A stretch of 37,471 bases of DNA, taken from positions 1-37,471 of IMG/VR virus record IMGVR_UViG_3300044878_000093, one strand, 5' to 3'. The notes beneath the pieces are model-generated. The model was not told where the DNA came from. It saw only the letters and a program-made list of their open reading frames with translations, and searched no databases. This stretch comes from a virus (lineage: Duplodnaviria; Caudoviricetes). Each line of letters starts with the position of its first letter. The first letter of the stretch is position 1. A program made the translations under genes and the position numbers. Positions 17,882 to 26,257 of the stretch are shown piece after piece.

Positions 17882-17910
17882 ATGATAGACGAAAGCCCAA
17901 CACCAGTCAA
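17882..17910 (-). promoter_or_regulatory. sigma70-type promoter for HD hydrolase
   Basis: TTGACT-17-TATCAT on - strand. Confidence 0.7.
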
Positions 17911-17926
17911 GGCATTGGGCTAGAAA

Positions 17927-18112
17927 TTATTCAAAAATATGTGGATTTTCTTGGTAATATTCCGCAAGCATTTGAGACACCTCACGATCTGACCAACCTT
18001 GCCCTAGAATGACTTCTTTGTAATTTCCAAGATGTCCGTAGGCTTTTAAGGAATACTCAAAGTTCCAGCACCAAGACCCATCAATAAACAGACAAACTCG
18101 GTCATGGTTCAT
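17927..18112 (-). CDS. hypothetical protein
   Basis: 61-aa ORF in operon. Confidence 0.55.
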   Translation of the reverse strand: MNHDRVCLFIDGSWCWNFEYSLKAYGHLGNYKEVILGQGWSDREVSQMLAEYYQENPHIFE

Positions 18113-18115
18113 AGA

Positions 18116-18541
18116 TTATCCCAAATACTTGTTATTGAGAAATAATTGTTTATAACTAGGCAACACAAACTGAATCCTGTGATCCTGCACGACAAAGCTA
18201 TTTGTTTGTTTGCAGAATTGCAGTTTAACTTGTTTAGTGACTCGTGCAGCCTTAGCTTGAGCAACTGCATAATCGGAGAAGCTCCAGATATTCAACTTCT
18301 CTGGTGGGCGTCCGAATACACACTTTGCACTGTTGCCGTTATACAATTTGATCGCTGAGATTACGGACAATACTTCACGACCTTTGTTTGAATGATGGTT
18401 ACTTTCAAACCGTGAAGGTGCAGAACGATATTCTACAAATTCGTAGTGAAGACCTTTCATCATTTGACAGAGCGAGAAGATTTGTAGTTGTTTGGTGTCA
18501 ACGATCTCATCTGGATTCCAACTGGATTGATTGCTATGCAT
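18116..18541 (-). CDS. hypothetical protein
   Basis: AAGGAGA RBS. Confidence 0.65.
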   Translation of the reverse strand: MHSNQSSWNPDEIVDTKQLQIFSLCQMMKGLHYEFVEYRSAPSRFESNHHSNKGREVLSVISAIKLYNGNSAKCVFGRPPEKLNIWSFSDYAVAQAKAARVTKQVKLQFCKQTNSFVVQDHRIQFVLPSYKQLFLNNKYLG

Positions 18542-18551
18542 TTTGTTCTCC

Positions 18552-18959
18552 TTAAATTTTAATTACTTTAACACCTTTGGATTCTAAATACTTAAGACCT
18601 TCTACAGATCTGTATTCATTACGATACCACACCTGTTTGATCTTTGCAGCCACTATTTTCAAACTACAATTCAGGCAAGGTGCATGAGAGATGAACATAT
18701 CAGCACCTTCAGATGTTTCTGTACTGAGGTAAAGCTTCTCCAATGCGGCAGCTTCAGCATGACGTACAGTCGAGAGTGTTTGTCCTTGACTATCCTCACA
18801 AATTTCTTCAAACCAACCCGGTGGCTGTCCGTTTACCCCCATCGAAATGCAAGAATCATTCTTATAGATCATTGCTCCAACTTGAAGACGTTTAGCCTCT
18901 GAGGTTTCTCCGAACCTACAAGTCATATCCATCAGGGCTAATGCATATTTTTGTTTCAC
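18552..18959 (-). CDS. dCMP deaminase (cytidine/deoxycytidylate deaminase family)
   Basis: RLQVGA, G.NG.P.G, HAE, SHAPCLNC zinc motif. Confidence 0.9.
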   Translation of the reverse strand: MKQKYALALMDMTCRFGETSEAKRLQVGAMIYKNDSCISMGVNGQPPGWFEEICEDSQGQTLSTVRHAEAAALEKLYLSTETSEGADMFISHAPCLNCSLKIVAAKIKQVWYRNEYRSVEGLKYLESKGVKVIKI

Positions 18960-19240
18960 TTAGACTGTCCTCGTCTGGTACTGGTTCCCGTGGCCGTACT
19001 CAGTCCATTTTCCTGTCTAGATTTAGTCTTAAATACTTTAGAAGGGATGGCTACGTATTTCCCTTTAACACCAGCATAGTCGTCAATCCACGATTGTGCA
19101 AGCTCTCGACTAGATGTTTTTAAATAGATGATATCTCCAAGTGCATTCTTAAAATAAAAGTTACCAATTGGTATATGGTCGTAACTGGTAAAGTCTTCAT
19201 AGGAAACCACTACAGAAACAATCTCTTTTTCTTTAGTCAT
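18956..19240 (-). CDS. hypothetical protein
   Basis: overlapping stop/start. Confidence 0.65.
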   Translation of the reverse strand: MTKEKEIVSVVVSYEDFTSYDHIPIGNFYFKNALGDIIYLKTSSRELAQSWIDDYAGVKGKYVAIPSKVFKTKSRQENGLSTATGTSTRRGQSK

Positions 19241-19395
19241 TGCATATCATCCCAGCCGTCATAGTTGTCGTAATCTGGAGCATTATCTATTTCAGGATCT
19301 TCATCAGGCCAAGGAATTTCCCAATCTTCTTCATTGTCCTCGTAGTGCTCATCAACACAATGATCTAAAAAGATATCATATGCACTATTGCTCAT
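19237..19395 (-). CDS. very acidic small protein (52 aa, not in ORF track)
   Basis: GGAGG RBS; 20 D/E and no K/R; ATGA overlap with next gene. Confidence 0.6.
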   Translation of the reverse strand: MSNSAYDIFLDHCVDEHYEDNEEDWEIPWPDEDPEIDNAPDYDNYDGWDDMQ

Positions 19396-19521
19396 CTACA
19401 AGAGCCTCCATAACCGCGTGTACTAAATTATCACCAAAAGTTTCACGCATATCTTGTTCATCGCTCAAAATCCAATGCTCAAGTGAACTTTCCATACCTT
19501 CCAACTCAACTTCTGTATAAT

Positions 19522-19698
19522 TCAAACTATTTCTCCTAAACTAATTAATCTTTTACCAAGTTCAACTCTTGTGTTTACTTTATCTTTCTCAATTCCGACT
19601 AAGCTAGCAATCTCTGATAGCGTCAAACCTTCTTCTCTAAGTTTAGCACATCTAATTGCTAAGTGTTGACTTCTTTTGAGTGCTCCTGAGCCCGACAT
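19522..19698 (-). CDS. small HTH protein (58 aa, not in ORF track)
   Basis: LREEGLTLSEIASLVGIEKDKV. Confidence 0.55.
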   Translation of the reverse strand: MSGSGALKRSQHLAIRCAKLREEGLTLSEIASLVGIEKDKVNTRVELGKRLISLGEIV

Positions 19699-20019
19699 TC
19701 AAGGATACTTCACATATTTTACAACTGGTATAAACTCTGATTCATCAAACAGTTTATGATATTGATCAATTTGTGCTTTAGCCCAATCAAGGCCTTTCAC
19801 TTCATCTAATTCAGAATTATTTATACAGTCAACATCAGCCTGCCAAGGAAGAGGACTACCTTTAAAAAACAAATGCTGAGTCAGAGTAAACTCCACTTCT
19901 GAAAAGTTCTCCCAGACCTTAATTCCCAGCAACGGATATTTGTACTCTACCTGAGCTTTATAATTTGTCTTGTGCAGATGTTCTGTAACTTTAATTCGGG
20001 TGTTTCGAGTATACGGCAT
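19699..20019 (-). CDS. hypothetical protein
   Basis: AAGGAGA RBS. Confidence 0.65.
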   Translation of the reverse strand: MPYTRNTRIKVTEHLHKTNYKAQVEYKYPLLGIKVWENFSEVEFTLTQHLFFKGSPLPWQADVDCINNSELDEVKGLDWAKAQIDQYHKLFDESEFIPVVKYVKYP

Positions 20020-20263
20020 TACATTTCTCCTTGTGCGTAGTGAAGATCTAATTCAAGATTCCAATAAGGATCTACGTTAAAGTCTGGTTCTAGGTGATCA
20101 TCTTCATCTGGAACTTCGTAGAGTTGGTCAAAGATGTTCATAGTTAGCACATACTAGGTCCGTGCCAAGGATTACCGCACCAAGGACACAATCCACGATC
20201 ATCAGTCATTTTACAAATAATTTTCATAATATCTCTCTCCTCTATTTGTGTTCGTATGCTGTC

Positions 20264-20292
20264 AGTGTAGACCAGCATACGTGCATGTGCAA
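20264..20292 (-). promoter_or_regulatory. sigma70-type promoter
   Basis: TTGCAC-17-TACACT on - strand. Confidence 0.6.
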
Positions 20293-20297
20293 GCGAT

Positions 20298-21062
20298 TTA
20301 TTCAGATTTTTCGATTACTTTTGCTGGCTTTGTTCGGGATGCTTTCTTTTCAGCAGTCAATCGTTTCTTTTCATATTGCTCAATACCAGAAGCTACAGCA
20401 GAACTGATCATCTCGTCAAGAGTCGGCATATCATCGAAATCTTCTTGTTCGTCCGGTCCCGTAGGCTGTTTACCACACTCACTATTGCCACAAGAGCAAG
20501 GAAGGCTTGCTCGATATTCTTGCAAATTATCCAGTCGATCCGCAATATTCTCAGCATCGAAATAAAACGGTGTGCCCTTAATTACATCAGAAAGCTCGTC
20601 GGTTGACAAAAAGCCCCGATACACATTTTCGTAAAGTCGCTTAAGTTGCTGACGACTAAAGTTGGCATGTTCCAGAATGTCTGTGTCCTTACCTCCGATA
20701 CCATAGCTTGAAGTGTGAATCATTAGGGTAGATGTATCATCCAAGATCCACTCCCTGCACGAAAGTCCGATGATCGAACCAGCGCTTGCTACTTCAGGAC
20801 CAATGATTGCAACAGTATGTCCTGCGCAACTGTTCAAGGACCGAACAAATAGCATTGCTGTGTCCAATAAACCTCCCGGCGTGCAGAGGTCCAATACAAT
20901 TGTGTCCTGTTCAGAACAACCATTGATCAACGCAAGTTCATCACTCCATTCTGTAGGTTCAGAAATTGGCTCGTGAATCTGAATAACGTGCGTCATACCA
21001 CCATTGTGACTGGATGTAATACGGGACTTCTGTGGCAGCAACATTAGTTCTTCAGTTTTCAT
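20298..21062 (-). CDS. ClpP-like (S14/crotonase-fold) serine protease
   Basis: TPGG, ASAGS (catalytic Ser), LMIH (catalytic His). Confidence 0.8.
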   Translation of the reverse strand: MKTEELMLLPQKSRITSSHNGGMTHVIQIHEPISEPTEWSDELALINGCSEQDTIVLDLCTPGGLLDTAMLFVRSLNSCAGHTVAIIGPEVASAGSIIGLSCREWILDDTSTLMIHTSSYGIGGKDTDILEHANFSRQQLKRLYENVYRGFLSTDELSDVIKGTPFYFDAENIADRLDNLQEYRASLPCSCGNSECGKQPTGPDEQEDFDDMPTLDEMISSAVASGIEQYEKKRLTAEKKASRTKPAKVIEKSE

Positions 21063-21064
21063 AA

Positions 21065-21700
21065 TTACTCCTTAGTAAAACCATAGTATTTAAGTTCGGC
21101 TTCTTCGCGGGCTTTCACGGCATCTTCAAATGACGGCCCATAGTACAAAATTATCTGTTCACCATCTTTTGCAATCCTTGATTCCCATACACCCCTTTCA
21201 TCTCGCCACCTCACGCCTGTCCTACCTGATTTATTGGTGTTCTTTCTTTTTTGATCAAAACTTTGGACGCTTAGGGTTGCCCACTCACAAGTTTCTTTAG
21301 AGTAAATCTTAGCTCCATTAATACGGTTGATGGTTGTTCCTTCAGGCCTTACGCCCATATCTTCCAAGAAGTTATCAAAAGACCCACCTTTCTTTGTATC
21401 CCATCTATCACAAATAACTACATCACCATGCCACTCTTCATACTCTGAACTCCTAGTTCTGGAACAAAGTTTTTGCCAAGATGTGTAGGTTGGAGTTCCG
21501 GTCATACCGTGACTATTAAGCACTCTTGGTTGACACCCACAATCAGTAAATTTATTGTGCAAAAGTCTTGGTGAAATCAACTCTAAAGTATTTCCACAAT
21601 CACATACACAATTCCAGATAATACTTTTACTCTTATGCTTTTTATCCGACTGACCTACCACCAATAGTAGGCCAAATCTTTGATTGATTAGGTCTTTCAA
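21065..21700 (-). CDS. HNH-like homing endonuclease with C-terminal AP2-like domain
   Basis: RFGLL.V, W.C.CDCGN, HGMTGTPTY.SW, F.NFLEDMG.RP, SGRTGV..AVKAREEAE; paralogue of 32315-33241. Confidence 0.8.
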   Translation of the reverse strand: MKDLINQRFGLLLVVGQSDKKHKSKSIIWNCVCDCGNTLELISPRLLHNKFTDCGCQPRVLNSHGMTGTPTYTSWQKLCSRTRSSEYEEWHGDVVICDRWDTKKGGSFDNFLEDMGVRPEGTTINRINGAKIYSKETCEWATLSVQSFDQKRKNTNKSGRTGVRWRDERGVWESRIAKDGEQIILYYGPSFEDAVKAREEAELKYYGFTKE

Positions 21701-21708
21701 ATTAACCC

Positions 21709-22491
21709 CTACTTTATATGTTTATCATATGAATCAAACGCCATTCCCCACATTTTGGCTTCCTCAGAGCGCACGCAATAATCCCATGAATCAAAATTAA
21801 TCAATTCTACGGGTAACTTTGCAAATTCTGCAACAGCTAGAAGATATTCTAGGCCTGATTTACGTTTCAAATCTTGTTGCATTACATCGCCCGTAACCAC
21901 AAGCTTACTATTCACGCCTTGACGACCAACCAAACTCTTAGCAACTTCTGGATCAAGATCCTCTGCCTCATCCACCAAGATAAAACTGTTGTCCCATGAG
22001 CGTCCTTTTACGTGCTCCAGTGCAAGCATTTCAATCTTACCATTTGAAAGAAATGCTTCGTAGTTGCCCATGCCGAGCCGTGCTTTCAGAGTATCTGTAA
22101 TAGGCGCACACCAAGGCTCAAGCTTTTCTGATTTATCTCCTTTCAAGAATCCGATTGACTTACCCTTACCCTCTGCTGGCCGTGCAATAATGATGCGATC
22201 AATTTTCTTATCAAGTAGCATATCAGCAGCAATCATAGAGGGGATAAAAGTCTTACTTGAACCCCAAACCCCGATACAAATAACAAAACTCGTATTAGTT
22301 ACTGCACTAATGTATTCTTTCTGACGGTCATTCATTGGCTCCAGAGGAGCACGGGTGGATGAAAGATTCGTAAACTTCTCCTTAATTTCAGGCTTAACAC
22401 CACCATTTCTAGTGGACCGTGTTTTCTTCCGAGGTACTTCGACTTCTTGACCATCAACCACAGTTAGGTATGCCCGACTTTTACCCGCCAT
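21709..22491 (-). CDS. phoH: PhoH-like ATPase
   Basis: Q..Y, G..GSSKT, IIIARP, IGFLKGD..EK..PW, KGRSW, ILVDEAE, GD..Q.DL...SGL, VRS. Confidence 0.9.
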   Translation of the reverse strand: MAGKSRAYLTVVDGQEVEVPRKKTRSTRNGGVKPEIKEKFTNLSSTRAPLEPMNDRQKEYISAVTNTSFVICIGVWGSSKTFIPSMIAADMLLDKKIDRIIIARPAEGKGKSIGFLKGDKSEKLEPWCAPITDTLKARLGMGNYEAFLSNGKIEMLALEHVKGRSWDNSFILVDEAEDLDPEVAKSLVGRQGVNSKLVVTGDVMQQDLKRKSGLEYLLAVAEFAKLPVELINFDSWDYCVRSEEAKMWGMAFDSYDKHIK

Positions 22492-22514
22492 ATTAGTATT
22501 TCCTTTTAGTTAAT

Positions 22515-22826
22515 TTATACAACCTTCTTTTCATAGCCAATTACAACTTGTTTAAACTTCTCTTCTACTTCAATAATTTCATAGTTGCCATTTGGGACGA
22601 AGTACCAAGGGTGTCCTTTCCACCGTTTAATGAATTTTTCAGCTCCATCATACGTGTCAAATGTTTTTACATCGACTGGTATATCCTTCCATATACTTAC
22701 ATGTGTAGATGTTGCTTCAACCCACCCATCACGTTCATTAATAACCCAAACCTTTGTACCTTCCTGAGTGATGATTGTCTTGTCGCTTGATCGTGCTTCT
22801 CTACATTCAGTCTTAATTACAAACAT
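22515..22826 (-). CDS. hypothetical protein
   Basis: GAGGAGGG RBS. Confidence 0.65.
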   Translation of the reverse strand: MFVIKTECREARSSDKTIITQEGTKVWVINERDGWVEATSTHVSIWKDIPVDVKTFDTYDGAEKFIKRWKGHPWYFVPNGNYEIIEVEEKFKQVVIGYEKKVV

Positions 22827-22928
22827 TTTTTACCCTCCTCTTCACATTCCCACAAACCCAATATCCCACATTCCATCTACGTTTGCAAGCTTTTTCTCAA
22901 AATAATCTACACATTTATTTTCACATAA

Positions 22929-23159
22929 TTATTCAATCATAAACTTAACTTTACTATCGGGTTTCAGAGCCTCTAGAAACTTCTCGCTAGCCTTCTCTAC
23001 AGAACACCTTTGAGAAATACTACAGGAAATCCCATTAAAGTCAAACTTCACGTAGGCAAGATTGTTAGTGATAGCGAACCGCCTAGCTTCTGTGCAAGCA
23101 TCTTCAATAGATGTTCCTGCCAAGAAAGACACTTTTACTTCCATACTAGGTTTGCTCAT
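22929..23159 (-). CDS. hypothetical protein
   Basis: AAGGAG RBS, ATGA overlap. Confidence 0.65.
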   Translation of the reverse strand: MSKPSMEVKVSFLAGTSIEDACTEARRFAITNNLAYVKFDFNGISCSISQRCSVEKASEKFLEALKPDSKVKFMIE

Positions 23160-23473
23160 TTCTGCTCCTTGACCACTTTCAAAGCATTCTCAGCAGCCTT
23201 CAGCGCTTCCCTAGCTTTAGCTACAGACTCTTCTGCCGCAATTTGTTCTGGTGTTTTAGTTTTAACCTTGACAATTTCATGCAATTCGTAACTGTAAACA
23301 GTTTGATTTTGGTAAGAGTAAATATCTGAATACACACTACCGCATGTAATACCTTCACTTACAACACAGTATTCCTTTTCTTCTGTACCAATAGTGATCT
23401 TGACAACTCTAAATGGATTGTTCCTATAATCCAAACGTGTCAAACTATTGTATGTCATTCCAAGTCTATTCAC
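23156..23473 (-). CDS. hypothetical protein, C-terminal coiled coil
   Basis: GTGA overlap; KTPEQ + coiled tail also seen in 3527-4078. Confidence 0.6.
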   Translation of the reverse strand: MNRLGMTYNSLTRLDYRNNPFRVVKITIGTEEKEYCVVSEGITCGSVYSDIYSYQNQTVYSYELHEIVKVKTKTPEQIAAEESVAKAREALKAAENALKVVKEQK

Positions 23474-23721
23474 ACCTTCTCCTCCAATTCAAGACATTTA
23501 TTCAAATCATCCAACAAACCGTTCCCTTGTAACACCCTTGTCATCGCATTACTAACACGTTCTAAGTACGATTTCTCTTCTAAGGTTTTACGGAGAAGAT
23601 AATACAACACTTCTGGATAGGATGCTTGGTTGATGTTTGGGTCTAAAAGCACAGAGGCCAAAGTGCCATTGCATCCTGTAGGATCTAACTGCTTTAATTT
23701 CTGGATCTCTTGTGGTTTCAT
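23470..23721 (-). CDS. hypothetical protein
   Basis: AAGGAG RBS. Confidence 0.6.
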   Translation of the reverse strand: MKPQEIQKLKQLDPTGCNGTLASVLLDPNINQASYPEVLYYLLRKTLEEKSYLERVSNAMTRVLQGNGLLDDLNKCLELEEKV

Positions 23722-23918
23722 TCTTCTTTCTCCTTCAATAATTTACACAACTCTTCCGAGCTTACACACTCATTTGTACAGAATGTTCCAAGTTCTGTCA
23801 AGAGAAGATCGTAGTCTTCTAGAGAAAGTGGGCCTGTGCAGTGGTCGTTGTTGCACGCTAACTTTTCAATAGTTGTTAGTGTTTCATAAGGTTTTCCGTT
23901 ACCACAGCAGACTTTCAT
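23718..23918 (-). CDS. small Cys-rich hypothetical protein
   Basis: ATGA overlaps. Confidence 0.55.
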   Translation of the reverse strand: MKVCCGNGKPYETLTTIEKLACNNDHCTGPLSLEDYDLLLTELGTFCTNECVSSEELCKLLKEKEE

Positions 23919-24084
23919 TCTTTCACCACAAATTTCTGATCAATCATCTCAGCCAATCTGACTACTTTAGAACAAACCATTTTCTCTTCAAATACTGATA
24001 GAGACATCCAGCCATAAAACTCTCGGGCTAGGTCGTAGCTTGGTGTGCGGATTCTGCATGCTTTCTCATAATCGTTCATACTAT

Positions 24085-24387
24085 TCATCCCCTAAAATCT
24101 GAAAAGTCTTGTTTATCGAATATTTGCCACCACAGAAGAATACACAGATTGATTGGCCAGATCAACAGGCTTTCTACCAAAAGAATCGTCCAGAACAAGG
24201 CATTCACAATATTGTCTGGACAGTCGTGCATTGGATCGATTGTTTCATCTCTTTTAGCGGCATTTCTCATAGCCTGAGCGATGTTCTCTGGTGGAGAGGG
24301 TAAGCGGCTCAGGTTGGAGGTGATGTAGGTTTTTAGTAGCATAAATGAGCAGATAGAGCATAGCAGCCAAGCTAGGATGTAGGTCAT
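24085..24387 (-). CDS. membrane protein with two hydrophobic segments
   Basis: start moved to ATG 24387; YILAWLLCSICSFML and LFWTILLVESLLIWP. Confidence 0.6.
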   Translation of the reverse strand: MTYILAWLLCSICSFMLLKTYITSNLSRLPSPPENIAQAMRNAAKRDETIDPMHDCPDNIVNALFWTILLVESLLIWPINLCILLWWQIFDKQDFSDFRG

Positions 24388-24716
24388 TGCTTTTCGCCCA
24401 TTGCAGCGGCACACAGTACAATTGCCATTCTAGGACATTTATCTGCTGCACCAAACCTGTGTGTCTGATTGTATGAGACAGCTTCGTAATAATCTTCTTT
24501 TACGTTATATCCAAATTGCATGTCTAGTTTTATAGCTAACCGAAAAGCATCCCCGTCATCTTCAGTTGGCACCCAAAGCTCACCCTCATGCATGTAATCA
24601 ACACCTTCGGAAAAAGGATCAATGGTTTCCCACTCATGTCTAGTTACAGGCAATCCCGGGTTGCCTACTGCTTGGTAGGCTAGATACGCCAAGTAAATCA
24701 AATCTTCGTTCTTCAT
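24384..24716 (-). CDS. conserved hypothetical phage protein
   Basis: W.P..DDGDAFRLAIKL...R.AIV.CAA motif frequent in phages. Confidence 0.7.
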   Translation of the reverse strand: MKNEDLIYLAYLAYQAVGNPGLPVTRHEWETIDPFSEGVDYMHEGELWVPTEDDGDAFRLAIKLDMQFGYNVKEDYYEAVSYNQTHRFGAADKCPRMAIVLCAAAMGEKQ

Positions 24717-25153
24717 TTCAAATTACCCTCATCAAACACATCAAAATCTGGGTAATGTTGCTCTGGTACGTTACGCCACTCCTTGTCAAAGTAATTATCA
24801 CCATTAACGTCAATATCTTCCTCGTTGTTCCTGTGCAATGTCCAGTTGCTGCACTCTTCGTAACGAGTCTCTAGGCACCATTTCTTAGCCATGTGTGGGA
24901 GCAGTTTAAGAAACTCTTGAATTGTGTGGTCGTAGTTCTTAAGTTCACTGTGAAATTTTACAGTCTTACCTTCAATTGATTTTACACCGTCTCCTGAATG
25001 TGGAATCCAGTGACTACGGCTGAATGTAATGAATGGTTTTACTTTATCTATTGTGTGACCCATCATTGACCACTGATTTTCTCCTGCGAAACATTTAGCA
25101 AGCGCTTCAGTGGTGAACTCGATAGTACCTTGAATCTCTGTGTACATTCCCAT
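24713..25153 (-). CDS. conserved hypothetical phage protein
   Basis: MGMYTE...LKNYD..I..F; AAGGAGA RBS; first gene of - strand block. Confidence 0.7.
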   Translation of the reverse strand: MGMYTEIQGTIEFTTEALAKCFAGENQWSMMGHTIDKVKPFITFSRSHWIPHSGDGVKSIEGKTVKFHSELKNYDHTIQEFLKLLPHMAKKWCLETRYEECSNWTLHRNNEEDIDVNGDNYFDKEWRNVPEQHYPDFDVFDEGNLK

Positions 25154-25184
25154 CTTTCATCTCCTTCGTTTAGTTGATAGAAAC

Positions 25185-25213
25185 AGGATACACGAGTGTT
25201 TAGAGGAAAGCAA
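25185..25213 (-). promoter_or_regulatory. sigma70-type promoter driving - strand block
   Basis: TTGCTT-17-TATCCT. Confidence 0.65.
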
Positions 25214-25307
25214 GCGTGAATTCAAAAGATTTTATGCTGGTTAGATTTTGTTGGAATAGGGGGATTGTTTTTGTTGAGAGGGTTGACATGGGAAGCGACG
25301 AAAGGAC

Positions 25308-25336
25308 TTGCTTTATTTTAAAATCCATGTTAAACT
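25308..25336 (+). promoter_or_regulatory. sigma70-type promoter upstream of structured non-coding region
   Basis: TTGCTT-17-TAAACT with TG extension. Confidence 0.6.
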
Positions 25337-25409
25337 AAACTGAAGGTATAGAGAAAAGAAAAAGAATATATTTATTAGTTGTATTTTTCTTTGGTTGCTG
25401 TATACTTGA

Positions 25410-25850
25410 TGCATTCCGTAATTTTCTAAGCGAGAGTACATTAGACTACGGATCGGTTTGAAGGTCGGTTAACATGGTGGTGAAAACTTCCTGTGTGAGA
25501 TGGCAGCTTCATTCTTAAACAAGCGGACTACTGTGAGTGATGGGACAGTCTGCAAGGTAAACTGAAAAACACTACCTCCCTAACGGTACTAATAATGCCG
25601 TGCGATATGCAATGTGTTGAGCTGATACGTTATTAGTGTTATCAGCCTGAAGGCAGCTACGTTTGTCCGTGTAGACTGTAGAGTGATTATTCACTCACTA
25701 AATCTCGTCTCAAGTTAGAAGGCATTTAATTGCTATAACGGACAGAGGCAGATAGGAACTTCAGATAAGGTACGTTACTCGGTCTTAGGCAGAACGTTGG
25801 TTCTGTATGGCTGGGTAAGGTATTTCTTTATCTGAAGTTCCTATCTGAAC
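25410..25850 (+). ncRNA. putative large structured non-coding RNA
   Basis: no long ORF; at least 6 hairpins, two long-range pairings, ~100-nt terminal hairpin; G-U pairs favour + strand. Confidence 0.5.
25749..25847 (+). repeat. 20-bp perfect inverted repeat closing ~100-nt hairpin
   Basis: CAGATAGGAACTTCAGATAA (25749-25768) / TTATCTGAAGTTCCTATCTG (25828-25847). Confidence 0.95.
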
Positions 25851-25966
25851 TCAGTTAGAATTGTAAATCAAATACAAATAAATAATATTAAATACTTAAA
25901 AATCAATAACTAATCTTAAGATCAACAACATAAAACAAAGAAAGATAAAATAAATATTACAAACCC

Positions 25967-25995
25967 TTGCTTTTTAGATATTTATTTGATATTCT
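25967..25995 (+). promoter_or_regulatory. sigma70-type promoter
   Basis: TTGCTT-17-TATTCT with TG extension. Confidence 0.55.
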
Positions 25996-26026
25996 ACAAT
26001 CTAATAACCAATTAAAGGATCCCTCC

Positions 26027-26218
26027 ATGCGCTGTAGGTGCTGCGACGTCCCTCTGACGTGGAGGGATATAAAGATTAAACAAGATGATAACAGCGAGGA
26101 GGATTTTTGCTCTAAGTGTTTATCCATTGTGTATGATATTGATAGCTATGAACCCAAGACATATGTATTTGAAGATTTGTGTAATGAGTTCTACATTCCA
26201 GAGCAATACATAGAATAA
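26027..26218 (+). CDS. small zinc-finger-like protein
   Basis: MRCRCCD..L....FCSKC; AAGGA RBS before ATG 26027. Confidence 0.65.
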   Translation: MRCRCCDVPLTWRDIKIKQDDNSEEDFCSKCLSIVYDIDSYEPKTYVFEDLCNEFYIPEQYIE

Positions 26219-26223
26219 AGTAG

Positions 26224-26252
26224 TTGCAAATATAGTGTAATAATGTTACAAT
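26224..26252 (+). promoter_or_regulatory. sigma70-type promoter
   Basis: TTGCAA-17-TACAAT with TG extension. Confidence 0.7.
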
Positions 26253-26257
26253 TATGT

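Noticed and set aside
25523-25553. GACTAC ... ACAGTC resembling group I intron P7 elements
   Set aside because: Too close together to hold P3/P8, and no interrupted gene flanks the region.
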